A DNA stretch of 64,000 nt from a virus. The position numbers were made by a program, and so were the translations under genes. Shown in pieces: positions 10,271 through 19,352 of the stretch (positions are counted from its first letter, which is position 1; every line of letters begins with the position of its first letter). The stretch is taken from IMG/VR virus record IMGVR_UViG_3300030041_000010; one strand, written 5' to 3'. The notes beneath the pieces were generated by a model. It had not been told where the DNA came from and searched no databases. It saw nothing but the letters and a program-made list of their open reading frames with translations.

Positions 10271-10543
10271 TCATCCGTCATTCTCCTTAATCGAAGTTCT
10301 GGTTATATGCTTGTGATTCATAAAGCCCCAGTTTCCACTGGGTTTGGCGTGGTCATTGAAGTAGGTACAGCCGTCGCAGAGCGGAGAACCACAAACAAAC
10401 TGTCCAGCGTAGTCGCACTCTTTGGTTGCCTGAGCCCCACACACCACGCAGACCTCTGCCTTATGCTTGGCACAGAACCGACCGTCAGTAGCCTCAGCGG
10501 CACATCTCCCACACCACGCAACGTTAAAAATACAGTTCTCCAT
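10271..10543 (-). CDS. Cys/His-rich zinc-binding protein
   Basis: Multiple CxxC pairs; start overlaps the upstream stop region. Confidence 0.6.
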   Translation of the reverse strand: MENCIFNVAWCGRCAAEATDGRFCAKHKAEVCVVCGAQATKECDYAGQFVCGSPLCDGCTYFNDHAKPSGNWGFMNHKHITRTSIKENDG

Positions 10544-10545
10544 CA

Positions 10546-11478
10546 CTAGCCTTTCTTGAGTCTGGACTTCCACCGCTCCTGTGTTTCGGCACCACCGTAC
10601 ATCAGGGGTTGAGCTTTCCAGTTCGTAATTCTTTCGGTGACTTCTTCGATGTCGGTGGTGAGGTGGTGAATCGCACTTTCAGTAGTATAAATCAAAGTCT
10701 CCCGCCGCCGTTCATACTCTCGTGAACCCTTCAGATAGACACGTTCTTCACTCTCATACCGTCCAAAGGTTTTGTGGATTTGAACTGTCTCGCGTAGCTC
10801 AGACATCTCACTACCTTGTAGCTGGGTAAGGTATTGCTTCCGATTTTTAAGGAGTGTCTCCATCACTGATTTGAATGCAATCGCCCCATCAGGGGATAAT
10901 TCCCACGCTTTGTAATCGTGCCCCATGCACATTCCAATATGGCCACAGTCGCGAGGTCTAGTATACCCATGAGCAACCAAAGTGCTATCAAAGGTGAGCT
11001 TCTGCCGCTTCATGCAGACGGGGCAGATGCCTGTGTTGGTGACATCTTTTTCGACAGGATTCTCGGATGGCTTGCGTCCTTTTACAATGAATGGTTTGAC
11101 TGTTTTGAGTAGTTCGGCCAACACGGCGGCTTCTTCAAGGGCTTGAAGGTAGGGTTTCAACTCAGGGGCTTTCTTAACAGCCTTCAGTTTTTTAACATAG
11201 CCGGGGGCATAGCTGAGTTGATTAACGGGGAGGTTATGACGGGGGTCGTTGTCACTCCATGTCCTGTAAATCTCACTCCCACCGCAGGGGTAGTATTGGT
11301 TATAAAGGGAATTACTTACTTCCTCCCACACCCGACCAAGCCAATGTTTTGCATCTTCGTAATCTACATTCCAGACATGCTTCCTCTGGATACCCTCATT
11401 GAGGGCTACGACCGATGTTTCAAACTTGACTTTAAACCTCTCGTCAAGAAGCAGGGCGGAAATAATCGGAAAGTCCAT
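10546..11478 (-). CDS. Hypothetical protein with zinc-ribbon (CPVC..HGY..C.G)
   Basis: 310-aa ORF directly downstream of a sigma70-like promoter. Confidence 0.7.
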   Translation of the reverse strand: MDFPIISALLLDERFKVKFETSVVALNEGIQRKHVWNVDYEDAKHWLGRVWEEVSNSLYNQYYPCGGSEIYRTWSDNDPRHNLPVNQLSYAPGYVKKLKAVKKAPELKPYLQALEEAAVLAELLKTVKPFIVKGRKPSENPVEKDVTNTGICPVCMKRQKLTFDSTLVAHGYTRPRDCGHIGMCMGHDYKAWELSPDGAIAFKSVMETLLKNRKQYLTQLQGSEMSELRETVQIHKTFGRYESEERVYLKGSREYERRRETLIYTTESAIHHLTTDIEEVTERITNWKAQPLMYGGAETQERWKSRLKKG

Positions 11479-11484
11479 ACTTCA

Positions 11485-11514
11485 ATACTACCAAGGATAA
11501 ACTGGATTTGTCAA
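11485..11514 (-). promoter_or_regulatory. Sigma70-like promoter TTGACA-N18-TAGTAT, probably giving a leaderless mRNA
   Basis: -35 at 11514-11509; -10 at 11490-11485; ATG 7 nt downstream; overlapped by an imperfect palindrome 11495-11541. Confidence 0.65.
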
Positions 11515-11561
11515 AAAATTATTGATAAACCCAGTTTGTCCCGTTGAATATACGGGCAATG

Positions 11562-11954
11562 TCACCACCACTCAAGCGAACGATAAGACAAGTAGTGTTG
11601 TCGAGTTCGCGACAATGCTTCCACTCTCGGATTTATACTGATGCAGATCGGCAGTCTGGCCGAGTTACTGGCATTCATGTTCTCTGCATCAACCGTTGAC
11701 GAGGCAGCAAGGTTTGAAATCTCAAAAGCAGTTTGTTGGTTTGCACAACTACTGGTTCCCCATCCGCCGCCGGTAACGTTAGTAGCAAGATACACCCCGT
11801 TGTGGAAGAAGCCAGAAGTGGCACTGGCAACAAGAGTGTATGTGTTGCTCAAACTATCGGTTAATCCAGTCTGAACGTTGCACAATACAAGAATCGCATT
11901 ACCCGCCGTTACGTTTGACGGGAAGTTACCGCTGGTGTTCGTTTGCTGAACGTG
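11562..11954 (-). pseudogene. Startless beta-domain remnant in frame behind the holin-like TGA
   Basis: HVQQTNTSGNFPSNVTAGNAILV..TDSLSNTYT resembles the N-terminus of 16156-17514 (LVQTAS..FPSVTKAGNLLVM..SDSGYNNW). Confidence 0.5.
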
Positions 11955-12164
11955 TCACCGTAGGACGTTTGCCCAGTTGATGTGCGTCACGATGTCGGTG
12001 ATTAGGCCCCCCATGATCAGGCCTATCCCCGTTAAAATGAGGTTTATTTTGTTTTCAAGCGTGGACACACGAACTGTAAGAGGTTGCACCCCATTGCCCT
12101 CGATCACAATTCGATTTAAGGTTCTGATTTGGTTTTCTAATTCGGTGGTGTGGGATTCTTCCAT
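11955..12164 (-). CDS. Holin-like / XhlA-like membrane protein
   Basis: Coiled coil (RVSTLENKIN) plus one C-terminal TM helix; same strand as the endolysin. Confidence 0.5.
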   Translation of the reverse strand: MEESHTTELENQIRTLNRIVIEGNGVQPLTVRVSTLENKINLILTGIGLIMGGLITDIVTHINWANVLR

Positions 12165-12189
12165 TTTGTTCCCTTTCATGTCTAATTTT

Positions 12190-15063
12190 TTATTGCACTC
12201 CATACAAAGTTAGAGTTGTCCCTGCGGTGAAGTTTGATGAGAACAATGCAGCCGTCAGGCTCGTGACTGCACTTGTATTAAGCCATTCACCACCACCCGT
12301 TGTCGTGGTATTGAAAGACCCATATCCTTGCCCAGTGCAAGTTGCGGTCTTATAAAAAGAAGTGGAAGTGTAATTGCCAAGATAGCAAACAACAGTTGAA
12401 CTGTGCGGTGATTGAGGAAATGATTGTTGTACGAGCATTTGAGCGTAAGAACCGTTTGCGTAAGTAGTCACGCTACTGCTCGTGTTGTTGTAGATGCCCG
12501 ACGTTCCGTAACTGGATGTACCTGAATCCCCGTTTATCTGAAGTAATAAAGCATCCGTTGCCGATGCTCCGCCAGAGACCACCAACATCAACTGAGAATA
12601 GGTCCCGGGGATGGATGTAAAAGTGTGCGAACCAGTCGAACTGCCACTGACAGTATATTGAGCAATTTGGGTTAGCGCCCCTGAACCACCTCCACCTGTA
12701 TACACAGGGATGTTAAGCGTTGAGCCTACAAGCGTGGCCGCGCCACTCGAACCTGTTGTAGTAAGAGTAAGTCCCGTTGAACTGCCGTTAGCTGCCGCTG
12801 TGATACATCCCGAAGAGTTCACCGTTAAGTTGGTATTGGTATAGCTTCCCGCCGTGACACCAGAGCAACCACCGCCGCTGAAAGGTTGAGACCAAGTAGA
12901 CCCATCGCAGTAAGACATAGTTTTGTCGCGTGCGGGATAATATCCGACAGCAAACCCGGTACAAGACGAACTAACTGTTGGGGCAGTCGCTAAATTTGGA
13001 TATATCCACTTCAAGCCCATTCCGTAGCTTGTATCACCAATCGTTGAGCCAACATCAAATTGATGTGCTGTCGATTGATCCTCAGTCAGACAAACAGCGG
13101 GAACGGGCTCAAGTGTGGCATTTATACCACCGCAAACTCCACCTGTTAGATAGGGGAAAGTATATGAAGCCCCATTCCACCACGCCAGTGGGTACACTGT
13201 AGTCGTTCCGCCCGAACTATCCGCAACGTTGCTCGAAAGAACTGGAGTCCCGTATTGATTCATTGACCAAGTTAGTTGTTGAGCGGGATAAGTCAAATTT
13301 TGAACCATCAAGTTGTTTTGGATGCTCTGGTTGTAGAAATTTACCGAGTATCCCAAACATGCCTGATTTGAATTCGGATCGCATAGCTCGGGTCCGGGTA
13401 TATCTCCGCCAAACAAAAGCGCGTCCAAAATGCCGTAATAATAGTGGAAATTACCTTGGTCAGTTAGATGCGTCTGTCCACTTGGGTTGATGAAGTATTG
13501 AGCGTTAGTCGCATTAGGGAAAACCTGAGCCACGTCAAACCAGTAGTTCCAACCGGGGATAACATCGCCCGATCCATTTTGGACAACACCGGCGGGCGTC
13601 TGAGCTTTCAGCCATAAATTAACCGTTCGCACGATTGACGCGACTTGCGCGGTAGAGCAATAGATCGATCCGTTATCGGTAATGATACTTGTTTGCATGA
13701 CATGAATATTATTGGCAGCAAACAATCCCCAAAGAGTTGTGTACTCTGATTCAATCGTCGATGCTGCTGTGCACCCGAGGGCTTCAGCAACACCTGCCTG
13801 TAATATAACAGTGGCGGATTTACCAGTAGTTGCTGGGTAGTATGGAGAGAACTCAGTTGTAAAGTTAGATATTAAGTTTGCGATAGATTGGTCGGGGACT
13901 GACAGATTAACGACCGAACTGGATACAGGCAAGTACGGACTATCTGTCAGTAATCCAGCCATGTTATAGGCACAATTCTGATTCCCACTTCCTGTTGAAC
14001 CATCAGGAACTCCCGTCACTGGGCCAACCAGCGTTGTTCCATTGGCCGATGTGAACTGGAATAACTGACCATTCAACGCGGTGTAGGAACCTGTGAATCC
14101 AGACAGCCTTAAGATGCTTCCGACATATCCTGACGGTCCACTGGCGAAGCCGTATCCGTTGATAGTCTGAAATGTTGCGATTCCACTTGTGACCGATCCT
14201 GAAGTAATAGAGCCTCGGTCTACAGTCGAAGTGATGCAGGATGACGAGATTAGGTTTCTCGAATCGCCTGCACTAAGAAAATTTGTGTTGGCTGGAAGAG
14301 ACAACCCGACCGCACTGGCGGGGACATATCCACTAGCATTACCCGAGCCATCGGTTTGAAAAATTACAGGCACATCACCACCCGGTGCGGATGGCGTGGT
14401 GTTGTTGAAGTTGGAAGCTGAACCTCCAACATTAGTACCATTAACCTTGACAGGAGTACCTGCCGTAATGGACACGGGAGTGCAAGCAGTTGCAAGTCCT
14501 TTTGCATTGAGAGTGACCTGACCAACATGAGTCGCGTCACCACACGTTCCAACGTTACTGTTAACTGTTGGTAACGTTGCAGCTTGTGATCCTGAGCCCG
14601 GTCCAGCAGTTACATCACCAGTTAGTTGTGTGATGCCGCTACCGCCGCCACTTGCTCCGGCTTGCACGTAATTTGTCCCGTCGCAAACAACCACGACAGT
14701 CTGCCCGTTGGGAATAGTCACCCCTGACCCCGATGATCCGGTGACTAGAATTGACTGACCTCCGGTTGTGTTGTTCTCAATAGTGAAAGTAAACCCACGG
14801 GTTAGGGGAGCAACTAGATTGCGGGTGGCGGTCAAGGTGACTGAGCTAGTCAATTTGATGAAACTTGCGCTTGTCTCAGGGTAAGTCATGGTGTGGCTGG
14901 CATCAGTGAATGAGATAGTGCCAGAATTGAACAGCGGAAACACGCCGCCAGAGCCTAGATTTCCTGAAACAGGGATTTGGGGAGCAGATACCTGTGCCCC
15001 TACTACAACAACTCCGAGGAGCGAAAGAACAAGGGCAACAAAGATAGAGGCAAGTTTTTTCAT
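12190..15063 (-). CDS. Tail-fibre-like protein with SGNH/GDSL esterase domain and N-terminal signal peptide
   Basis: Fibre repeats (GQVTLNAKGLAT; GSYTNTNLTVNSSGCIT); AGDS..QAG..THLTDQG SGNH blocks; MKKLASIFVALVLSLLGVVVVGA|Q. Confidence 0.65.
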   Translation of the reverse strand: MKKLASIFVALVLSLLGVVVVGAQVSAPQIPVSGNLGSGGVFPLFNSGTISFTDASHTMTYPETSASFIKLTSSVTLTATRNLVAPLTRGFTFTIENNTTGGQSILVTGSSGSGVTIPNGQTVVVVCDGTNYVQAGASGGGSGITQLTGDVTAGPGSGSQAATLPTVNSNVGTCGDATHVGQVTLNAKGLATACTPVSITAGTPVKVNGTNVGGSASNFNNTTPSAPGGDVPVIFQTDGSGNASGYVPASAVGLSLPANTNFLSAGDSRNLISSSCITSTVDRGSITSGSVTSGIATFQTINGYGFASGPSGYVGSILRLSGFTGSYTALNGQLFQFTSANGTTLVGPVTGVPDGSTGSGNQNCAYNMAGLLTDSPYLPVSSSVVNLSVPDQSIANLISNFTTEFSPYYPATTGKSATVILQAGVAEALGCTAASTIESEYTTLWGLFAANNIHVMQTSIITDNGSIYCSTAQVASIVRTVNLWLKAQTPAGVVQNGSGDVIPGWNYWFDVAQVFPNATNAQYFINPSGQTHLTDQGNFHYYYGILDALLFGGDIPGPELCDPNSNQACLGYSVNFYNQSIQNNLMVQNLTYPAQQLTWSMNQYGTPVLSSNVADSSGGTTTVYPLAWWNGASYTFPYLTGGVCGGINATLEPVPAVCLTEDQSTAHQFDVGSTIGDTSYGMGLKWIYPNLATAPTVSSSCTGFAVGYYPARDKTMSYCDGSTWSQPFSGGGCSGVTAGSYTNTNLTVNSSGCITAAANGSSTGLTLTTTGSSGAATLVGSTLNIPVYTGGGGSGALTQIAQYTVSGSSTGSHTFTSIPGTYSQLMLVVSGGASATDALLLQINGDSGTSSYGTSGIYNNTSSSVTTYANGSYAQMLVQQSFPQSPHSSTVVCYLGNYTSTSFYKTATCTGQGYGSFNTTTTGGGEWLNTSAVTSLTAALFSSNFTAGTTLTLYGVQ

Positions 15064-16145
15064 TAGCTGGTCACCTTAGGGGTATAAGTTCCATAGAGCA
15101 GATTAGTGCTCTGGTAAAGGTACATGGTTACAGTGGAACCGTTTTGATTAACGAAAGTTACAGTGGTCGGAGCGTTAAACACTAAAGGAAACCCTGTTCC
15201 AACGTCAACAAAAGTATGGGTGTTTCCTGTAAGAAGTAAATATATAGACTGTCCACTTGGCTGAAGGGCTGAAAACGTCTCACCTACAACTTCTGTGCCT
15301 AAACCTGCGCTTGATAAAACATCAGATGTACTAAGAACCGCAGTTGTTCCTGATGCTGTAACTGAAGAACTCGCCCCCGCAGAACCGATGCCAGCAAAAA
15401 TGCGAGGGTTCCAAGTGTAAGTTAGGGTAGCGGTTTTTGTTGTTACTCCACTGATTGCGGTGAGGGTGATTGTAGTCGTCGCCGCTGCTGTGTGGTGGAA
15501 ACTTCCAACAATGGTGCCACTGGTAAATGGGGTGGTCAACACTAGAGGAGAATCGACACTGTCGGTGTTCGTAATGCTTGCACTTGTTGGTGTGGAAGAG
15601 TAGGTAGCAGAGCACGTTGGGTTAGTTGCTGTTGCACCAATTTCGAGGGTGCCACTACACCCTGTAAAGGAGTTGATTACGAATGAGGTCGAGGGTTGAA
15701 TGTAAGTAAATATGGTTCGGTCATCAGTAATACAAGGTTGGCTTCCAGAGCCACAGGTGGCAGTAACCTGACTACCATTTGTTACCACAACAGCAAGGGG
15801 AATATCACTGGTAGTGAACACTGTCGTTTTGTTGGCCGGGACACAGCTACTTGCTGTGTTTAAATAAATGTAGTTGGTTGTACTTGCGTTTAATGCAAGA
15901 GTTCCCCCAGCATAACTGACCATCACACCGTTGCAGTTCACTGTTCCCGGACCGAGGTATAAGTTTAGGCCGGTTGTGCTAGAGCATGATATGGAGGCAT
16001 CAGCACAGGGAGCATAACCGGGAGCCACCCCATTGGCGGTCTCTGCGTTAACTTTGTAAATAGGGGTTGTCGGAGATTGCGGCTGTTGAGCCGCAGCACA
16101 AAATGAGCTAAGCAGCAGTCCAATCCAAACGGTGAGTGTTTTCAT
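15063..16145 (-). CDS. Fibre-associated beta protein with signal peptide
   Basis: MKTLTVWIGLLLSSFCAAA|Q; IPLAVVVT..ITDDR motif as in tail-fibre N-termini. Confidence 0.55.
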   Translation of the reverse strand: MKTLTVWIGLLLSSFCAAAQQPQSPTTPIYKVNAETANGVAPGYAPCADASISCSSTTGLNLYLGPGTVNCNGVMVSYAGGTLALNASTTNYIYLNTASSCVPANKTTVFTTSDIPLAVVVTNGSQVTATCGSGSQPCITDDRTIFTYIQPSTSFVINSFTGCSGTLEIGATATNPTCSATYSSTPTSASITNTDSVDSPLVLTTPFTSGTIVGSFHHTAAATTTITLTAISGVTTKTATLTYTWNPRIFAGIGSAGASSSVTASGTTAVLSTSDVLSSAGLGTEVVGETFSALQPSGQSIYLLLTGNTHTFVDVGTGFPLVFNAPTTVTFVNQNGSTVTMYLYQSTNLLYGTYTPKVTS

Positions 16146-16155
16146 TCAATTCTCC

Positions 16156-17514
16156 CTAAGCGTAAACAGAAATTTGTGCAGTCACAGCTTCATCCGAAGC
16201 CACAAGGTATATATAGGTTCCATCGAAAGCTGGTGTCTGAGCCCACATCGCCCCGTTTGAAGTGGAGAGGATTTCGATTCTTGAGGGAACATTGCCAAGC
16301 CCATGTGTCACAGTGAAATTACCCCCTGCCGGTGAGTCCACAAATAATGTCGTAGCTGGAATCGCAATATTCAAAGGTGAAGCTGGCGGGAAGACAGAAA
16401 CCTCTGCGGTCACCCCTATATCAGAGGCTGAAAGATAAATAAGTGTGTCGTCATAAACCTGTGTTTGTGCCCAAATAGCCCCACTTGACGTGGGAAGAAT
16501 TTCAATTAAGGATGGAGTAACTCCAAGATTGTGTGCCACTGTGAAGTTACCCGGATCAGGGGAGGTGACAGAGAGAGAAGTGATGGGGACAGTTACATCA
16601 GAGCTAAATGAAGACACATACACGGCAACAAGGGCGGTCAATCCCTCGTCCGATGCTACGAGGTTGATATTAGTTCCATCATACGCTGGGTTTTGAGCCC
16701 AAAACGCTCCGGATGATGTGGGGATGACTTCGATTAGGGCAGGGGTGGTGTTAAGTCCATGCGCGGTGCTGAAGTTACCGGGGTTGGGGGAAGTCACCGT
16801 CAATATCTCAGCCAGAGTTAGAACCTCCACACCCTCATTTTGTTGAATGAATGCAACTACAATTGATTGGATAGAGGCTGGGTTTGTCCCTGATACACCT
16901 GAAAAGTAGAGAAGGTTATCGCCGCTGGTGCCCGACTGATAGTACCCATCCCCAACATAATTATGGTAATTAGTTCCTTTTAGTGTGTAGGAACCCGCCA
17001 CACCTACGTGCATACCTGTAGCTGGTGATTGTGCTCCTGAGATGATTCCACTATAAGTAGCAAGCGCACCACCCAAAATTAACCGACCAACGTCAGTGGT
17101 GTGAATTTTAGCGCCTAAGGAGTTGGCACCAATGGTGGAAATGTCAATAGGAAGAGGGGTGGGTTGAATGCCGCTAAACTCATAGATAAAAACAGATTGG
17201 AGTAATGAGGTTGGTATAGTGTTTACGACGATGCTTGAGACTGGGTTTGCGTTTCCAACAGCCCACAAACAGATACTTCCGGTGCCACTTGGAGAGTGGG
17301 TGTCTTTAGCAAATTGCTGTTGGACGGCATTCCAGTTGTTATATCCTGAGTCAGACACCCCAGTAACATATTGTGACATGCCACCGGGCATCGAATACGT
17401 AGTCGCAATCATAACTAACAAATTCCCGGCCTTGGTTACGGACGGGAAATTGAGCACCACACTCGTGGATGTGTTTTTAGTGATTGATGCGGTTTGTACT
17501 AAGTTAACTGACAT
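16156..17514 (-). CDS. Virion/fibre protein with three ~75-aa tandem C-terminal repeats
   Basis: Three copies of SPxxGNFxxxHxLxxxPxxIExxxTSxGAxWAQxxxxDxTxIxLxASD. Confidence 0.65.
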   Translation of the reverse strand: MSVNLVQTASITKNTSTSVVLNFPSVTKAGNLLVMIATTYSMPGGMSQYVTGVSDSGYNNWNAVQQQFAKDTHSPSGTGSICLWAVGNANPVSSIVVNTIPTSLLQSVFIYEFSGIQPTPLPIDISTIGANSLGAKIHTTDVGRLILGGALATYSGIISGAQSPATGMHVGVAGSYTLKGTNYHNYVGDGYYQSGTSGDNLLYFSGVSGTNPASIQSIVVAFIQQNEGVEVLTLAEILTVTSPNPGNFSTAHGLNTTPALIEVIPTSSGAFWAQNPAYDGTNINLVASDEGLTALVAVYVSSFSSDVTVPITSLSVTSPDPGNFTVAHNLGVTPSLIEILPTSSGAIWAQTQVYDDTLIYLSASDIGVTAEVSVFPPASPLNIAIPATTLFVDSPAGGNFTVTHGLGNVPSRIEILSTSNGAMWAQTPAFDGTYIYLVASDEAVTAQISVYA

Positions 17515-17523
17515 TGGACGCCT

Positions 17524-18123
17524 TTACAAAGTTGGCAACCCGCCACTTGTGTCCACCGCGACATCGAGATACACTCTGTCTTGAGAGAAGTCGATGTTGA
17601 TGACCATAATGGAGTTGACGTTAAAGCTGGTGCTATCAGAGGAAACCAAACTTTTATTACCGTAATCCGGGGTGAAGATGGCTGATAGAACACCATCGGC
17701 GTAGGCTAACCCGGAAGGGGACCACCCATTGAGTTCGCTATTGAAGTTATCCACGAGGGCAAACCCTGTGGGGCTTGCGGAAGTTGGGTCTACCAACGTA
17801 TTTTGAAGCAGGAAAAGCATCCACAGATTTATAGGCAAACTACTTCCATCGAGAATAGTTAGAGCTACCTTAGAGAGAAGCACCAACCCGGATTGTGGAA
17901 AAGTTTTGAGAACACCACGATATGTCCCTTGTCCCTCTGAGTACCACGAAGCATACACTGGCCCAGCCTGTTGTACTCCAGCGGAGTATAAGGTGCCATC
18001 CCATGCATACCCTGTGTGGGATTGACTAGTTGGGAAATAAAAAGAGTCGATGTCTTTGGGTTGGATTAAACACGAAGCCACCATGGACTGATTGATGTAA
18101 TTGTAAGGTATGGTCGCCATCAA
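17524..18123 (-). CDS. Hypothetical structural protein
   Basis: 199-aa ORF with GAGAGG RBS; first gene of the minus-strand block. Confidence 0.6.
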   Translation of the reverse strand: MMATIPYNYINQSMVASCLIQPKDIDSFYFPTSQSHTGYAWDGTLYSAGVQQAGPVYASWYSEGQGTYRGVLKTFPQSGLVLLSKVALTILDGSSLPINLWMLFLLQNTLVDPTSASPTGFALVDNFNSELNGWSPSGLAYADGVLSAIFTPDYGNKSLVSSDSTSFNVNSIMVINIDFSQDRVYLDVAVDTSGGLPTL

Positions 18124-18215
18124 ATCCTCTCACTTAATGAGATTGAAAGTCATAGTATTTGTTCACGACCACCGATTTACCAACTGCTCAATATATAAGT
18201 AAGGAGAGTAAGACG

Positions 18216-18953
18216 ATGGGTAAGTTTATAGATATAAGTGGACAGCGTTTCGGTAAGTTAGTAGTTTTGAAAAGGGTGGGTACCCTCAGCGGCATTCCTA
18301 CATGGTTGGTTCATTGTGATTGCGGGGTTGAGAAAGTGATAAGAAGGACGGAATTGTACGCTACCAAAAGTTGCGGGTGTTTACATCGTCGCGTAGACTT
18401 AGTAGGTCAGCGCTTTGGTAAGCTGATAGTTATAAGATGGCACTCTACTAATACGACGGGAAACTCTAAATGGGAATGTCTTTGCGATTGTGGAAACACC
18501 CCTATTGTTATTGGGCACCAACTTAGTAGTGGGGGTACTCAAAGCTGTGGGTGTTTACGGGCTGTCAGTCAAAGAAAAGCTGCGGCTGCGGTTCGACTTT
18601 CCTATGGTGTGTCATCGAGGAATTCGGTTGTAGGTTGCTACAAACAAAAAGCTAAAAAACGAGGGTTAGAATGGGGGCTGACAGAGGCCGAAGTAGACAG
18701 GCTGTTCCTTGGCTCCTGTTTTTATTGTGGTGAAGCTCCTTCTAATTGTCACTCTAAGCCTCTTAACTATGGTGATTTTACATATAGTGGTATCGACCGA
18801 CTAGATAATGAGCGGGGGTATATCTCAAGTAACGTGGTTTCTTGTTGTTGGGAATGTAATTGGATGAAACGAAACGTTAGTAAAGAAAAGTTCTTAGCCC
18901 ACGTTGGAAAAATTCACCAACACCAAAACAGTTTGCCGACTATTGTCTTCTAG
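18216..18953 (+). CDS. HNH homing endonuclease with two GxRFGKL..CxCG DNA-binding repeats
   Basis: CFYCG..GIDRLDN..GY..NVVSCCWECN; AAGGAG RBS before ATG 18216. Confidence 0.85.
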   Translation: MGKFIDISGQRFGKLVVLKRVGTLSGIPTWLVHCDCGVEKVIRRTELYATKSCGCLHRRVDLVGQRFGKLIVIRWHSTNTTGNSKWECLCDCGNTPIVIGHQLSSGGTQSCGCLRAVSQRKAAAAVRLSYGVSSRNSVVGCYKQKAKKRGLEWGLTEAEVDRLFLGSCFYCGEAPSNCHSKPLNYGDFTYSGIDRLDNERGYISSNVVSCCWECNWMKRNVSKEKFLAHVGKIHQHQNSLPTIVF

Positions 18954-18959
18954 GTAGAG

Positions 18960-19352
18960 ATGCGAGAAGCTAAGGATTTAACAAGCAAACAGTTTGGGGT
19001 CTTGGTCGCACTTTATCGTGAAATGGATAGAGGGCGCTCTAAATGGGTATGCCAATGCCGCTGTGGAAAGCGTAAGCTGATTCGACAAGAAGATTTACTA
19101 ACAGGGAAAACTAAAAGCTGTGGTTGCGCTCGACTACAACTAAAAAAAGCTAAGGCTGAAAGAAAATACAGTTTAGTGAATCGGAGGTTTGGTTGTCTTC
19201 TGGTACTTTGGAAAAGTAGAACAAAGAAGGGACGGGCGATGATGTGGGACTGCCGCTGCGTCTGTGGGAACATGGTTAGTGTCGCTGGAACTAACCTTCG
19301 ACTTGAAAAGATAAAAGATTGTGGGAATCATATTTTTGAAGAGGATAAATAA
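18960..19352 (+). CDS. Nuclease-less protein of two FGxL..W.C.C.CG repeats (homing-endonuclease DNA-binding modules)
   Basis: Same repeats as the upstream HNH but no catalytic motif. Confidence 0.7.
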   Translation: MREAKDLTSKQFGVLVALYREMDRGRSKWVCQCRCGKRKLIRQEDLLTGKTKSCGCARLQLKKAKAERKYSLVNRRFGCLLVLWKSRTKKGRAMMWDCRCVCGNMVSVAGTNLRLEKIKDCGNHIFEEDK

